Part shown: one piece after another, positions 52,755 through 62,125 of the stretch
Layout: each line of letters starts with the position of its first letter
Numbering within the stretch: the stretch's first letter is position 1
Source: an uncultured Clostridia bacterium
GTDB lineage: Bacteria; Bacillota; Clostridia; Lachnospirales; Lachnospiraceae
Reading direction: 5' to 3'
Assembly: GCA_937895705.1 (NCBI GenBank)
Contig: CALBKM010000011.1
Location: 1,874-65,873 of the forward strand
Length of the DNA: 64,000 bases
Made by a program: the position numbers and the translations under genes
The notes under the pieces: model-generated
Databases searched by the model: none
The model's input: only the letters and a program-made list of their open reading frames with translations
Told to the model about the DNA's origin: nothing

Positions 52755-54236
52755 ATGGAAAAGCAGAACGATAAGGGAAGTATGTCCCTGTTCAAAAAAA
52801 TCGGTGTCTCCTTTAAAAGAAAGGGCTTTCGTTCCGGATTGTATGCTACGGTTACCAGTTTATTGGTGATTGTGGCGGTTGTAATCGTAAACCTGATTGC
52901 GTCCGCATCGGGAATTCAGAAGGATATGACAACGGGAGGAGAGAAGTCTCTGACTGCCGAAACGGAAACGTTACTTTCCGAATTGGAGGATGACCTTACG
53001 TTTTACTATTTGACAAAGGAAGGACAGGATCTTACCTGGCTTGCTCCGTCCTTTGACATGTATATGGAGCTGTACCGGAATGCCAGCGATAAAATCACAT
53101 TTGAGACCATTGATTTGTTACTGACACCGAAGTTTGCTGAAAAATATACGGATAAAGCCGTGGTACAGCACAGTATTATTGTAGTTAATGAGGAAACCGG
53201 GTTAAGTAAATATATTTCGGTGCAGGATATGGTACTGACAGAGACCACGATGGACACCAACACATTTCAATATGTGAATGTTCCGGTTGGTGTTGATATC
53301 GAAGGTCGGATTAATGCTGCGATTCGTTATGTAACCAGCGGTCAGCAGACGAATTTCTATGCGGTTTCCGGTCATGGGGAAAAAACGCTGGAAACGGAAG
53401 CAAAGAACTTGCTCGGAAAAGCCAATATCAATTATAATGTTTTTGAGTCTATGACTGCGGACTGTGTTCCGGAGGATTGCGATGTTTTGTTTGTTACAGT
53501 GCCGGCCAACGATTACACGGATGCGGAACTGGCCATGTTCAAAGCTTATGCAGACAAAGGCGGAGATTTTCTGATTCTTGCGGAAAAGCAACCGGGTGCG
53601 GAGAACTATGACAAGTTGTTGGCGTATTGCGGTGTGCAGGTGGAGAATCGGGTGATTTTGGAAGGAGATTCCCAATACCATAATCCGGCAACCCAGTTGG
53701 AGCTTTACCCGGTAATCGAAACCGGTCACGAAATTACCGCAAATTTATCCGGCGGAAACTATTTGCCGATTCGTAATGCGTATGCGTTGACTGTGGTAAA
53801 AGATGCGGATCGTGAAATTAAGATGTCCAAGTTGTTGACGACGTCCGAATCGGCTTATGCAAAGAATGTGTCCGACGGTAAGATTACCCTGGCTAAGGAG
53901 GACGGAGACCCGGTGGGACCGTTCTATGTCGGTGTATATTTGAAGAATACGGAAACAAAGTCGGAAGCGGTGGTAATTTCCGGTGGTTATGCATTCAAGG
54001 ATGATTACGTAAAATTGAGTAACTATGCCAACGGCGGTTTGTTAACCGACAGTGTGAATTATATGACGGAAGCTACATCGGTGTCTACGGTTCGTACGAT
54101 TGCGTTTGAGTCCGAGGAGATGTTGACAATTAATGCTGCGCAGGCAAATTCCATAGCGGTAGTGCTGGTGATTGTAATTCCGGTGCTTTTAATCGGAACC
54201 GGCATTTTTGTGATGCTTCGCAGAAGAAATCGTTAA
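52755..54236 (+). CDS. GldG-like ABC-transport auxiliary protein (N- and C-terminal TM anchors)
   Basis: The size and topology (TM at both ends, large ectodomain) and its position after ABC/ABC-2 genes match the GldG/ABC_transp_aux family. Assigned by context plus weak sequence recollection. Confidence 0.6.
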   Translation: MEKQNDKGSMSLFKKIGVSFKRKGFRSGLYATVTSLLVIVAVVIVNLIASASGIQKDMTTGGEKSLTAETETLLSELEDDLTFYYLTKEGQDLTWLAPSFDMYMELYRNASDKITFETIDLLLTPKFAEKYTDKAVVQHSIIVVNEETGLSKYISVQDMVLTETTMDTNTFQYVNVPVGVDIEGRINAAIRYVTSGQQTNFYAVSGHGEKTLETEAKNLLGKANINYNVFESMTADCVPEDCDVLFVTVPANDYTDAELAMFKAYADKGGDFLILAEKQPGAENYDKLLAYCGVQVENRVILEGDSQYHNPATQLELYPVIETGHEITANLSGGNYLPIRNAYALTVVKDADREIKMSKLLTTSESAYAKNVSDGKITLAKEDGDPVGPFYVGVYLKNTETKSEAVVISGGYAFKDDYVKLSNYANGGLLTDSVNYMTEATSVSTVRTIAFESEEMLTINAAQANSIAVVLVIVIPVLLIGTGIFVMLRRRNR

Positions 54237-54248
54237 CAGGGAGGGTAC

Positions 54249-55265
54249 ATGGAAGAGAGAGAAGAAAGACTGCAGCGTTTGAGACGTTTAAAACGCAAGA
54301 GAATCTATACAGTTGTAGGATTATGTGCGGCACTGTGCCTTTTGGTCGGAGGCTATTACGGTCTGACGCTTTATAACAAGAGGGTTGCAGCGGAAGAAGC
54401 ACGAAAAGAAGAAGAGAGAAAAGCGGCTTCCTCAACGGAAACCGAAATAACGGGGTTTTCATTAACGGAAGTAAATGAGATTGAGTTTTCCACGGAGGAA
54501 GCATCGTATCACTTTGCATGGATAGAAGAAGATAAGTTCGGAAGCTGGGTCAGAATCGGCCAGGAGGATTTTCCGACCAATGAAGAGAAAGTACAGACAA
54601 TCATTAACAGCTTTTGCGGTTTGAAGGGTACCTCTAAAATGGTATTGGAAGAAGTGGACCCGGCAGATTTCGGTCTGGAGGACACAAAACTGACCTCTAA
54701 ACTTACATTGACCGACGGTACGGAGCATAAGTTCCGTTTGGGAGATGAAGCGCCGTATTCCTCGGGGTACTACTTGTTGTATGAAAATACCGGAGAAATA
54801 TTTGTGGTGGCGTCCGTTGTTCATACACAGCTGACAACAAAGGAAATAAAGCTGGTGCAGGGAGAAACTTTTCCGAGTGCGGAAGCGGAATCCATTACGG
54901 AACTTCGGATTGAAGTAAGAGACGGGGAAACCGTTTCCTACGTTCCGGAAACGGCAGAGGACGGAACAGTGACTTACCCGCCGATTTTTTATGACAGTAT
55001 GCGGTTCGTGGCATCCACCATACAGGAGTATAATTGTACCGACTTCGCAAAGTACGGTCTGGATGATCCATATGTTACCGTAACCATAGATTATGTGGGT
55101 TATGTGTTTACCGACCAGGGCTTGCTGACCAGAGAACCGTGTACCATGGTGTTAGAAATCGGTGACAAGACGGTAAGTGACAACTATTTTGTACGTGTGG
55201 ACGGCAGTGATTTCGTTTATATCATGGTTGCGGCACAGGCAAAGAAATATCTTCCGAATCAGTAA
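54249..55265 (+). CDS. DUF4340-like membrane-anchored protein
   Basis: N-terminal TM and a repeated beta-rich ectodomain. It is the usual fourth gene after GldG-like proteins. Confidence 0.5.
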   Translation: MEEREERLQRLRRLKRKRIYTVVGLCAALCLLVGGYYGLTLYNKRVAAEEARKEEERKAASSTETEITGFSLTEVNEIEFSTEEASYHFAWIEEDKFGSWVRIGQEDFPTNEEKVQTIINSFCGLKGTSKMVLEEVDPADFGLEDTKLTSKLTLTDGTEHKFRLGDEAPYSSGYYLLYENTGEIFVVASVVHTQLTTKEIKLVQGETFPSAEAESITELRIEVRDGETVSYVPETAEDGTVTYPPIFYDSMRFVASTIQEYNCTDFAKYGLDDPYVTVTIDYVGYVFTDQGLLTREPCTMVLEIGDKTVSDNYFVRVDGSDFVYIMVAAQAKKYLPNQ

Positions 55266-55273
55266 AAAATAAC

Positions 55274-55296
55274 AGGGACTGCGTTTGCAGTCCCTT
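55274..55296. terminator. Bidirectional intrinsic terminator
   Basis: Stem agggactgc/gcagtccct, loop gtttg. A-run upstream and T-run downstream. Serves the two convergent genes. Confidence 0.75.
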
Positions 55297-55311
55297 TACG
55301 TTTGCCTGATT

Positions 55312-55950
55312 TTAATATCCCAATTCCTCTCCGACCAAAATGACTTTGATACGTCCCGGAACACGGGATTTTCTTGTGACAACGAATTCACAGCACATAC
55401 AGTCCGGAGAGTAACAATCGTGGCACTTTCCGTATTTGGAACAAGGAGTGGAGAGACCAAGACGTACACCGTTCGGCGGTGCAGCCATATTGCGGACGCG
55501 GTCGAAACCGGATTTTACGTCAGGGACGATTTTATTCATTCCCACAATCAGGATTACGTTTTTCGGTCCGGTAATCAGGCAGGCAACCCGGTTGCCGTTA
55601 CCGTCGATGTTCACCAGTTCTCCGTCCAGAGTAATTGCATTGCTGCTCATAAAATAGTAGTCTGCGGTAACCGTTTTTGCGTAAAGCTCCCGCTGTTCCT
55701 CGGGAGTTTTGGCAGTACTGCGGTCATACAGAATGCAGTCGGAGGTTTTGAGAGCGTCGAACAGACCGATTTCCGTACAGGACATGGAGCCGCCCCAGGA
55801 AACGGTACATCCCGGAGTCAGAAAACGAAGTGCGGTAGCCAGAGCTTCTTCTTTGTCGGTACAGTAGTAGCCTTCGATGCCGCGGCGGTTAAATGCTTCG
55901 ATTAAGCTTTCGGCAAGATTTTCATAGGTTTGTTGCTTCGGTGTGGCCAT
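55312..55950 (-). CDS. LUD-domain (lactate utilisation protein C/YkgG-like, DUF162) protein with a C-terminal Cys cluster
   Basis: ...SWGGSMS...YFMSSNAITLDGELVNIDGNGNRVA...ILIVGMNKIV...; CSKYGKCHDCYSPDCMCC. Confidence 0.7.
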   Translation of the reverse strand: MATPKQQTYENLAESLIEAFNRRGIEGYYCTDKEEALATALRFLTPGCTVSWGGSMSCTEIGLFDALKTSDCILYDRSTAKTPEEQRELYAKTVTADYYFMSSNAITLDGELVNIDGNGNRVACLITGPKNVILIVGMNKIVPDVKSGFDRVRNMAAPPNGVRLGLSTPCSKYGKCHDCYSPDCMCCEFVVTRKSRVPGRIKVILVGEELGY

Positions 55951-56051
55951 ATGGGGTACCCCTTTCTGTGTATAGTATCTTGTTTGTCATGTTATCTGTA
56001 TTCAGTTTACCGCACTATGAAAAGAAGTGCAACGATATTTTTGAACAATGG

Positions 56052-56080
56052 TTGCAAAGTGGAAAGGAAATTGATAAAAT
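56052..56080 (+). promoter_or_regulatory. Putative sigma-A promoter of the arylsulfotransferase-like gene
   Basis: TTGCAA, 17-nt spacer, TAAAAT. Its position argues for the TTG start at 56115. Confidence 0.45.
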
Positions 56081-56114
56081 AAGAATGAGAGAGTCTGTAA
56101 AGGAGGGCGACTGC

Positions 56115-57851
56115 TTGAAAAATACAGCGTTAAAAGTATTACTTGCCATGACGATTGTCAGCAGCCTGTTTTTGTGTCTGCTTTTGTTTTTATTGTTAAA
56201 ACGCGGAACCGGCGACGGGAAAAACGTGTCGAAGCTGAAAGAGTTTCAGGAGCAGTACGAGGAGCATAACACGGATTCCAAAACAATTGCACCTTTTGTA
56301 TATCAGGATTTTTCAAAAACAGATTCTGCAGAGGGGCTTTACGATACAGCAAGGCATACCGAGGTATATGAGCGCATCGAGTCCTTAAAGAGGGACAGCG
56401 GCTATACGCAGGAGAGCCCGCTTGTGATATATAATCCTTACGGAATAAATGCCCATTCGGTATACGTATATTTCAGAACACAGAATCCGATGAAGGCTTC
56501 CTATCGTGTCAGTGTACAGTCGGAAGGGATTCCGACATTTACCGCACCGTGTTACGCAGAAGAGTCTTATTCCACAGAGCATGAATATTTGCTGTTGGGT
56601 CTTACCGCAGAACAGAGCAACCGTATTTCCCTTGTGTTGGAGGATGAAGAAGGGAACCACTGTGTCCGGACCTTCTATGTGACGGCAGGAAGTCGTATGG
56701 GTATCGGAAAAGAGATGTTGGAGGTAGAGAGAGGAAGCAGCCGAGAGGCATTGTCCGACGGACTGTTTGCACATTTCGGGAATGTTAACGGAACAAAAGA
56801 AGCGATACAGCTTTATGATAATGAAGGAGTTTTGCGCAGCGAGTTCCCGTTGTTGTCCGGAAGCGGAAAACGTCTGCTGTTTTTCGAAAACCGGATGTAT
56901 TATAACATTTCCGACACTCGGATTGCGGCGGTAAATCGCTTCGGACGTTCGGAACGGGTGTATTCCGTGGATGGGTATACCATCGGGGCGGATTATTGTC
57001 TGGATGAAGCACAAAAGAAGCTTTTGGTGATTGCAAGTAAAAAGGGAACGGGGGACGCCACGGCTTCCGTAAACGATATTTTACTTTCCGTGGATCTGAT
57101 TTCCGGAGACGTAAAAGAGTTGCTGGATATGGGCGTTGTTTTAAGAGAGTACAAAGAGCTTTGTAAAAAGAACGAAGACGGGGTGCTTGACTGGCTCGGT
57201 TTGAATTCCGTGCAGATATGGAATGAAACGGGAGTGCTTTTGGGAGCAAGAGAGCCGTCGGCGGCGTTTAAGGTGAAGGATATTTACGGAATTCCGATGT
57301 TGGAGTATATAATCGGAGAAGAAGCAATGTTTACCCAGACGGGTTATGAAGGGAATCTGCTTACAAAAGAGGATGATTTTGAGCCTTTTGTAGGGGCGAA
57401 TACCTTTACCTGTGTGAAAGAAGAACTGATGCCGTCGGGCGTATATGAGTTGTATTTATACGACAACCACGTGGCCGGAACGGAGAGTCGTCCGGAGTTT
57501 GACTACAATGGGATGGCGTCCGATTTGGGAAGTTCCATGAAAAAGGGAAAGAATTCTTTCTTTTGCCGGTATCTGGTGAATGAGACGGCAAGAACCTGGG
57601 AGTTGTTGGAGGCGACCCCGGTGGATTACTCGGGCTATTACGGAAGCGCACAGGTGACGGAGGACGGGCACTTGATTACGGATACGGCAGGCCGGTTTGC
57701 CTATAACGAGTTTGACGGTGAAAGGGTTTTGATTCGTAAGTTTACGGCCGCCGGGACGGAATATCTCGGACGTGTGTTTAAGTACGATTTCAAAGGATTT
57801 TTCTTTGCATCGGAGGAGGGCACAAAGCCGGCAGAAACAGAGAAAGAGTAG
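56115..57851 (+). CDS. Arylsulfotransferase (ASST)-like secreted/membrane-anchored protein
   Basis: N-terminal TM (ALKVLLAMTIVSSLFLCLLLFLLL). PLVIYNPYGINAHSVYVYFRTQNP resembles the ASST N-terminal Ig-like domain signature, and the remainder is beta-rich. The TTG start has AGGAGGG 7 nt upstream. The track's 55893 start overlaps the divergent gene and promoter. Confidence 0.5.
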   Translation: MKNTALKVLLAMTIVSSLFLCLLLFLLLKRGTGDGKNVSKLKEFQEQYEEHNTDSKTIAPFVYQDFSKTDSAEGLYDTARHTEVYERIESLKRDSGYTQESPLVIYNPYGINAHSVYVYFRTQNPMKASYRVSVQSEGIPTFTAPCYAEESYSTEHEYLLLGLTAEQSNRISLVLEDEEGNHCVRTFYVTAGSRMGIGKEMLEVERGSSREALSDGLFAHFGNVNGTKEAIQLYDNEGVLRSEFPLLSGSGKRLLFFENRMYYNISDTRIAAVNRFGRSERVYSVDGYTIGADYCLDEAQKKLLVIASKKGTGDATASVNDILLSVDLISGDVKELLDMGVVLREYKELCKKNEDGVLDWLGLNSVQIWNETGVLLGAREPSAAFKVKDIYGIPMLEYIIGEEAMFTQTGYEGNLLTKEDDFEPFVGANTFTCVKEELMPSGVYELYLYDNHVAGTESRPEFDYNGMASDLGSSMKKGKNSFFCRYLVNETARTWELLEATPVDYSGYYGSAQVTEDGHLITDTAGRFAYNEFDGERVLIRKFTAAGTEYLGRVFKYDFKGFFFASEEGTKPAETEKE

Positions 57852-57871
57852 AGAGAAAGTGAGTCCGGGTT

Positions 57872-59992
57872 ATGGGAAAAAGTTTATTTATTGCAGAAAA
57901 GCCGAGCGTGGCGCAGGAATTTGCGAAAGCACTTCCGTATCAGTTTTCACGCAAGGACGGATATATGGAAGCGTCGGAAGCGGTGGTAACCTGGTGTGTT
58001 GGGCACTTGGTCACCATGAGCTATCCGGAAAGCTATGACCCGGCACTCAGACAGTGGCGTTTGGAGACCATACCCTTTTTGCCGGAGGAATTCCGCTATG
58101 AGGTGATTCCGGCGGTGGCAAAGCAGTTTCAGATTGTAAAAGGCCTGCTTTGCAGAGCGGATGTAGAATGTATTTACGTCTGCACCGACTCCGGACGGGA
58201 GGGGGAATACATATACCGGCTGGTGGATCGTATGGCGGAGGTTCCTGCAGATAAGGAACGAAAGCGGGTTTGGATCGATTCCCAGACAGAGGAAGAGATT
58301 TTACGTGGAATAAAAGAGGCCAAGCCTCTTGCGGAATATGATGCCTTAAGCGATGCCGCATATTTGCGTGCCAAAGAAGATTATTTGATGGGAATCAATT
58401 TTTCACGGGTGCTGACGTTAAAGTACGGTACTGCAGTACGTAATTTCCTGCGTGCCGAGAAAAATCAGGCAATTTCCGTGGGAAGGGTTATGACCTGTGT
58501 GTTGGGAATGGTGGTGCGAAGAGAACGGGAAATCAGAGCATTTGTCAAAACCCCGTTTTATCGGGTGTTGTCGAAACTTTCTGCGGGGGAGGCAGTGTTT
58601 GAGGCCGAATTCCGGGCGGTGAAAGGGTCGAAGTACGAAGATTCCCCGAAGTTGTATAAAGAAAACGGATTTCGGAACAAAGAAGATGCCATGGCCCTTA
58701 TAACGGAATTGAATGTTCCTGCGGGACCGGTTTTTGAGGAGATTACCGAGAAGGAAAAGCAGATTACCGTACAGCGTGCGGCGGACGGATCGGAAGCTGT
58801 GGTAGAGCAGATTGAGAAAAAGCAGGAAAAGAAGAATCCTCCGTTATTGTTTAATCTGGCAGAGCTTCAGAATGAATGTGCAAAGCTGTTTAAAATCAGT
58901 CCGGACGAGACGTTAAAAATCGTACAGGAGTTATACGAAAAGAAGCTGGTGTCGTATCCACGTACCGATGCCAGAGTACTTTCCACTGCAGTAGCGAAGG
59001 AAATCGCAAAGCATATCGGCGGGTTAAAGAATTATACACCGGCAGCGGGTTTCGCGGAACATATTTTACAAACCGGAAGCTATAAAGGCCTGGAAAAGAC
59101 CCGGTATGTCAATGACAAGCAGATTACGGACCATTACGCTATTATTCCGACGGGGCAGGGCATTTCCGCATTGTCTTCCGTGTCAACCACGGCGAAACGG
59201 GTATATGCGACGATTGTAAAGCGTTTTTTAAGTATTTTTTATCCGGCGGCAGTGTACCGGAAGGTGGCGCTTACGGTAAAAATCGGAGAAGAGTCCTTCT
59301 TTGCAAGCTTTAAGGTTCTGGCAGAGGAAGGTTATCTTGTGTTGTATAAGAAGCCTGCGGAAAAGAAAGATGGAGAAGGCTCCGGAGGAGCAGGGAAACC
59401 GGAAGACGGAAAAGCGGAAGGCGAGAAGCCTGAAGATACGGACGGTGAGCTGACTTGCGGAGCGGAGATGCTGGAAGCTCTTAAGGATATGAAAAAGGGA
59501 AGCAAACTTCCGGTATCGTTATTTTCCATCAGGGAAGGAGAAACCGCAGCACCGAAACGCTATAATTCCGGTTCTTTGATTCTGGCGATGGAAAATGCGG
59601 GTCAGTTTATCGAGGACGAGGAACTGCGTGCCCAGATTAAGGGCAGCGGAATCGGTACCAGTGCGACCAGAGCGGAGATTTTAAATAAACTGGTAAAGAT
59701 TGAATACCTGGCCCTCAATAAAAAGACGCAGATTATCACTCCGACATTATTGGGAGAAATCATTTTTGAGGTGGTAAATGCGTCAATCCGTTCCCTGCTG
59801 AATGCGGAATTGACCGCCAGCTGGGAAAAAGGACTTACCTATGTGGCGGAAGGAAGTATCGGAAGCGAGGAATACATGGGGAAGCTGGAAAGCTTTGTCA
59901 GACGCATGACGGACGGCGTAAAAGGCCTGAATAACCAAAGTGTATTGCACAGCCGTTTTTCGGAGGTTGCAGGGTATTACGGCAGTAAATAA
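57872..59992 (+). CDS. topB: DNA topoisomerase III
   Basis: LFIAEKPSVA (TOPRIM), CVGHL, TDSGREGE, and LVSYPRTDARVLS (active-site Tyr region). Confidence 0.92.
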   Translation: MGKSLFIAEKPSVAQEFAKALPYQFSRKDGYMEASEAVVTWCVGHLVTMSYPESYDPALRQWRLETIPFLPEEFRYEVIPAVAKQFQIVKGLLCRADVECIYVCTDSGREGEYIYRLVDRMAEVPADKERKRVWIDSQTEEEILRGIKEAKPLAEYDALSDAAYLRAKEDYLMGINFSRVLTLKYGTAVRNFLRAEKNQAISVGRVMTCVLGMVVRREREIRAFVKTPFYRVLSKLSAGEAVFEAEFRAVKGSKYEDSPKLYKENGFRNKEDAMALITELNVPAGPVFEEITEKEKQITVQRAADGSEAVVEQIEKKQEKKNPPLLFNLAELQNECAKLFKISPDETLKIVQELYEKKLVSYPRTDARVLSTAVAKEIAKHIGGLKNYTPAAGFAEHILQTGSYKGLEKTRYVNDKQITDHYAIIPTGQGISALSSVSTTAKRVYATIVKRFLSIFYPAAVYRKVALTVKIGEESFFASFKVLAEEGYLVLYKKPAEKKDGEGSGGAGKPEDGKAEGEKPEDTDGELTCGAEMLEALKDMKKGSKLPVSLFSIREGETAAPKRYNSGSLILAMENAGQFIEDEELRAQIKGSGIGTSATRAEILNKLVKIEYLALNKKTQIITPTLLGEIIFEVVNASIRSLLNAELTASWEKGLTYVAEGSIGSEEYMGKLESFVRRMTDGVKGLNNQSVLHSRFSEVAGYYGSK

Positions 59993-60016
59993 TTTTAAAG
60001 ATAAAGGAAATAGTGT

Positions 60017-61648
60017 ATGTATCAGTTTTGTGTATCGATTCAGTATGTAGGGATTATATTATGTTTGTTGGGCTTGGTGTACCTGCTGAAGCAGTGGCCG
60101 TCGAGACCGCAGTCTATTATGCTGTTTTTGGGAATGGCGATATTGGTGTATTCCATCGGATATTTGTTTGAAATAACCTCCGATTCTCTGGGAGAAGCTC
60201 TGATGGCAACCAAAATCAGCTATATGGGAAAAGTATATATCCCGCCGTTAGCGTTTTTGTTTGTGCTTTATTATTACAGAATCAATATTTCTAAAAAACT
60301 GGTGTTGGCGACCGTTGCTGCTCATACCATGTTGTTGGTGCTTATTTTGACATGTGAGCATCATGATTTCTTTTATACGAACATAGGTTTTGCCAAGGAG
60401 GGGCTTTTCCCGCACCTGGTACACTGGCATGGGGTAGGGTATGTTGCTTATATGGCGCTGGTGCTTTGCTATGGTGTGATTATGCTGATTGTTTGTATCC
60501 TGCAGTATTTACGGGCGAAGTCGAAAGAAAAAGAGAAAGCGTTGTATCTGCTAATCATGGTATTGTGTCCGGTGTTCGGACTGGTATTGTATTTGTCCGG
60601 AATTACACAAGGATATGATGTTACGGCAGTGGGCTATATTTTTTCCGGTGTGATTTTACTTGTTTCGATTTTTCGCTATGACTTTTTCGATACCGTTAAT
60701 CTGGCGAAGAATTATGTGGTGGAAAACCTTGCGGACGGTCTGGTGGTGTTGGGAACGCAAGGGGAGTTTGTTTATGCCAATGCACCGGCGCTTGCGTTGT
60801 TTCCGGCTCTTGTAACAAAGGAGTACGAAGGGGCGGTAGAAGAGATAAGGGGATTTTGTACAAGCGGCAAACGGTTGCATACCAATCAAAAGGTGTACCG
60901 GGTATCGGAGCGTGAGATTTTAAAAGATAACAAACTGCGAGGTAAGATGTATTATCTTCAGGAGGTAACGGACAGTTATAATTATACGGTAAAACTGGAA
61001 GCGGAAGTAAGGGATAAGGCCTTGGAGTTATTTAATTCCCATCATTCCCTGATTGTCAGCCTTGCCAATATGGTAGAGGCGAGAGACGGTGTTACGGGTC
61101 AGCATGTCAAACATACCAGTCGCTATGTAGAGATTATGGCGCGTGCGTTAAAGAAAAGGGAAAAATATAAAGAGACGATGAGTAACTCATATATTTCCGT
61201 GCTATGCGAGGCGGCACCGCTTCATGATATCGGAAAGATTTCCATGAAGGACTCCATTCTCCGAAAGGAAGGTTCCCTGAATACGGAGGAATTGAAGTCG
61301 ATTCAGACGCATCCGGCCATTGGTGCGCAGATTATTGATACCGTGCTGGAAGAGTCGGGGAACAGCGAATATTTGCTTGCTGCAAAGGAGATGGCATACT
61401 GTCATCATGAAAGATGGGACGGCAACGGATACCCGCAGGGGCTGAAGGGAGAGGAGATTCCGTTAAGTGCCAGAATTATGGCAATTGCCGATGTGTATGA
61501 TGCGCTTCGTTCCGAGCGGAGCTATAAAACCGCATATTCCAAAGAAGTGGCAAAACAGATTATCTCCGATGAGTCGGGAAAGCAGTTTGATCCGGAACTG
61601 GTGCAGGTGTTTTTGGAGTGCCTGACGGAGATTGAAGCGGTACATTAG
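60017..61648 (+). CDS. 7TM sensor - PAS - HD-GYP domain protein (putative c-di-GMP phosphodiesterase)
   Basis: The N-terminal 7TM region is homologous to that of the kinase at 46879. HDIGK...; HHERWDGNGYPQGL (HD-GYP signature). Confidence 0.85.
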   Translation: MYQFCVSIQYVGIILCLLGLVYLLKQWPSRPQSIMLFLGMAILVYSIGYLFEITSDSLGEALMATKISYMGKVYIPPLAFLFVLYYYRINISKKLVLATVAAHTMLLVLILTCEHHDFFYTNIGFAKEGLFPHLVHWHGVGYVAYMALVLCYGVIMLIVCILQYLRAKSKEKEKALYLLIMVLCPVFGLVLYLSGITQGYDVTAVGYIFSGVILLVSIFRYDFFDTVNLAKNYVVENLADGLVVLGTQGEFVYANAPALALFPALVTKEYEGAVEEIRGFCTSGKRLHTNQKVYRVSEREILKDNKLRGKMYYLQEVTDSYNYTVKLEAEVRDKALELFNSHHSLIVSLANMVEARDGVTGQHVKHTSRYVEIMARALKKREKYKETMSNSYISVLCEAAPLHDIGKISMKDSILRKEGSLNTEELKSIQTHPAIGAQIIDTVLEESGNSEYLLAAKEMAYCHHERWDGNGYPQGLKGEEIPLSARIMAIADVYDALRSERSYKTAYSKEVAKQIISDESGKQFDPELVQVFLECLTEIEAVH

Positions 61649-61698
61649 AAGGAGCAGAAGATAAATTACAAAAAATCTGAAAAAAGAAAAAATACTGC

Positions 61699-61727
61699 TT
61701 GACAAACCAAATATTATTTAATATAAT
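61699..61727 (+). promoter_or_regulatory. Consensus sigma-A promoter of the tRNA operon
   Basis: TTGACA, 17-nt spacer, TATAAT (both hexamers perfect), about 30 nt upstream of tRNA-Val. Confidence 0.7.
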
Positions 61728-61758
61728 ATCAAACGTACCGTTCGAAAAGATTTGGTTC

Positions 61759-61831
61759 GGGGTCTTAGCTCAGCTGGGAGAGCATCTGCCTTACAAGCAG
61801 AGGGTCATAGGTTCGAGCCCTATAGGCCCCA
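61759..61831 (+). tRNA. tRNA-Val (anticodon TAC)
   Basis: Hand-folded cloverleaf: acceptor ggggtct/aggcccc, D stem gctc/gagc, anticodon stem tctgc/gcaga with loop ctTACaa, T arm atagg-ttcgagc-cctat. CCA is not encoded. Confidence 0.9.
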
Positions 61832-61847
61832 TTCCGAACGGACACAC

Positions 61848-61921
61848 AACTTCATATGGCGGAATAGCTCAGTTGGCTAGAGCACACGGTTCATACCCGT
61901 GGTGTCGAGGGTTCAAATCCC
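61848..61921 (+). tRNA. tRNA-Met (anticodon CAT; the loop ttCATac suggests an elongator type)
   Basis: Acceptor ggcggaa/ttccgct (G1-U72), D stem gctc/gagc, anticodon stem cacgg/ccgtg, T arm gaggg-ttcaaat-ccccc (one A-C mismatch as I fold it). CCA is not encoded. Confidence 0.8.
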
Positions 61922-61962
61922 CCTTCCGCTACTATCAAAAAAGGGAATCCGAAGGGATTCCT
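61922..61962. terminator. Strong terminator-like hairpin directly after tRNA-Met (copy 1 of 2)
   Basis: ctatcaaaaaagggaatcc-gaag-ggattccttttttgatag: about an 18-bp stem with a 1-nt bulge, and A6/T6 runs within the stem (bidirectional design). Confidence 0.7.
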
Positions 61963-62084
61963 TTTTTGATAGTAAGGAAAGAGAAACAGACACGAGACAC
62001 CACGGGTACCGTGGTTCGAGGGGTCCACAACGTCCGGTGGACGTTGGTTCTGGACCGACCGAAGCGAAGCGAAGACCAAATCCC

Positions 62085-62125
62085 CCTTCCGCTACTATCA
62101 AAAAAGGGAATCCGAAGGGATTCCT
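62085..62125. terminator. Duplicate of the tRNA terminator hairpin (repeat copy 2)
   Basis: Sequence identical to 61922-61962. Confidence 0.6.

Noticed and set aside
55285-55905. 206-aa + strand ORF
   Set aside because: It is antisense to the LUD-domain gene and starts inside the bidirectional terminator.
55893-56114. Upstream 74 codons of the ASST-like ORF
   Set aside because: They would overlap the divergent LUD gene start and contain a good TTGCAA-17-TAAAAT promoter. The TTG at 56115 has an AGGAGGG RBS.
56385-57014. 209-aa minus-strand ORF (and 56785..57249)
   Set aside because: They are antisense shadows within the ASST-like gene.
59332-59529. Low-complexity Gly/Glu/Lys/Pro stretch in TopB as a separate feature or repeat
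   Set aside because: It is an in-frame acidic linker (KKPAEKKDGEGSGGAGKPEDGKAEGEKPEDTDGE) within an otherwise intact topoisomerase III. No DNA-level repeat is evident.
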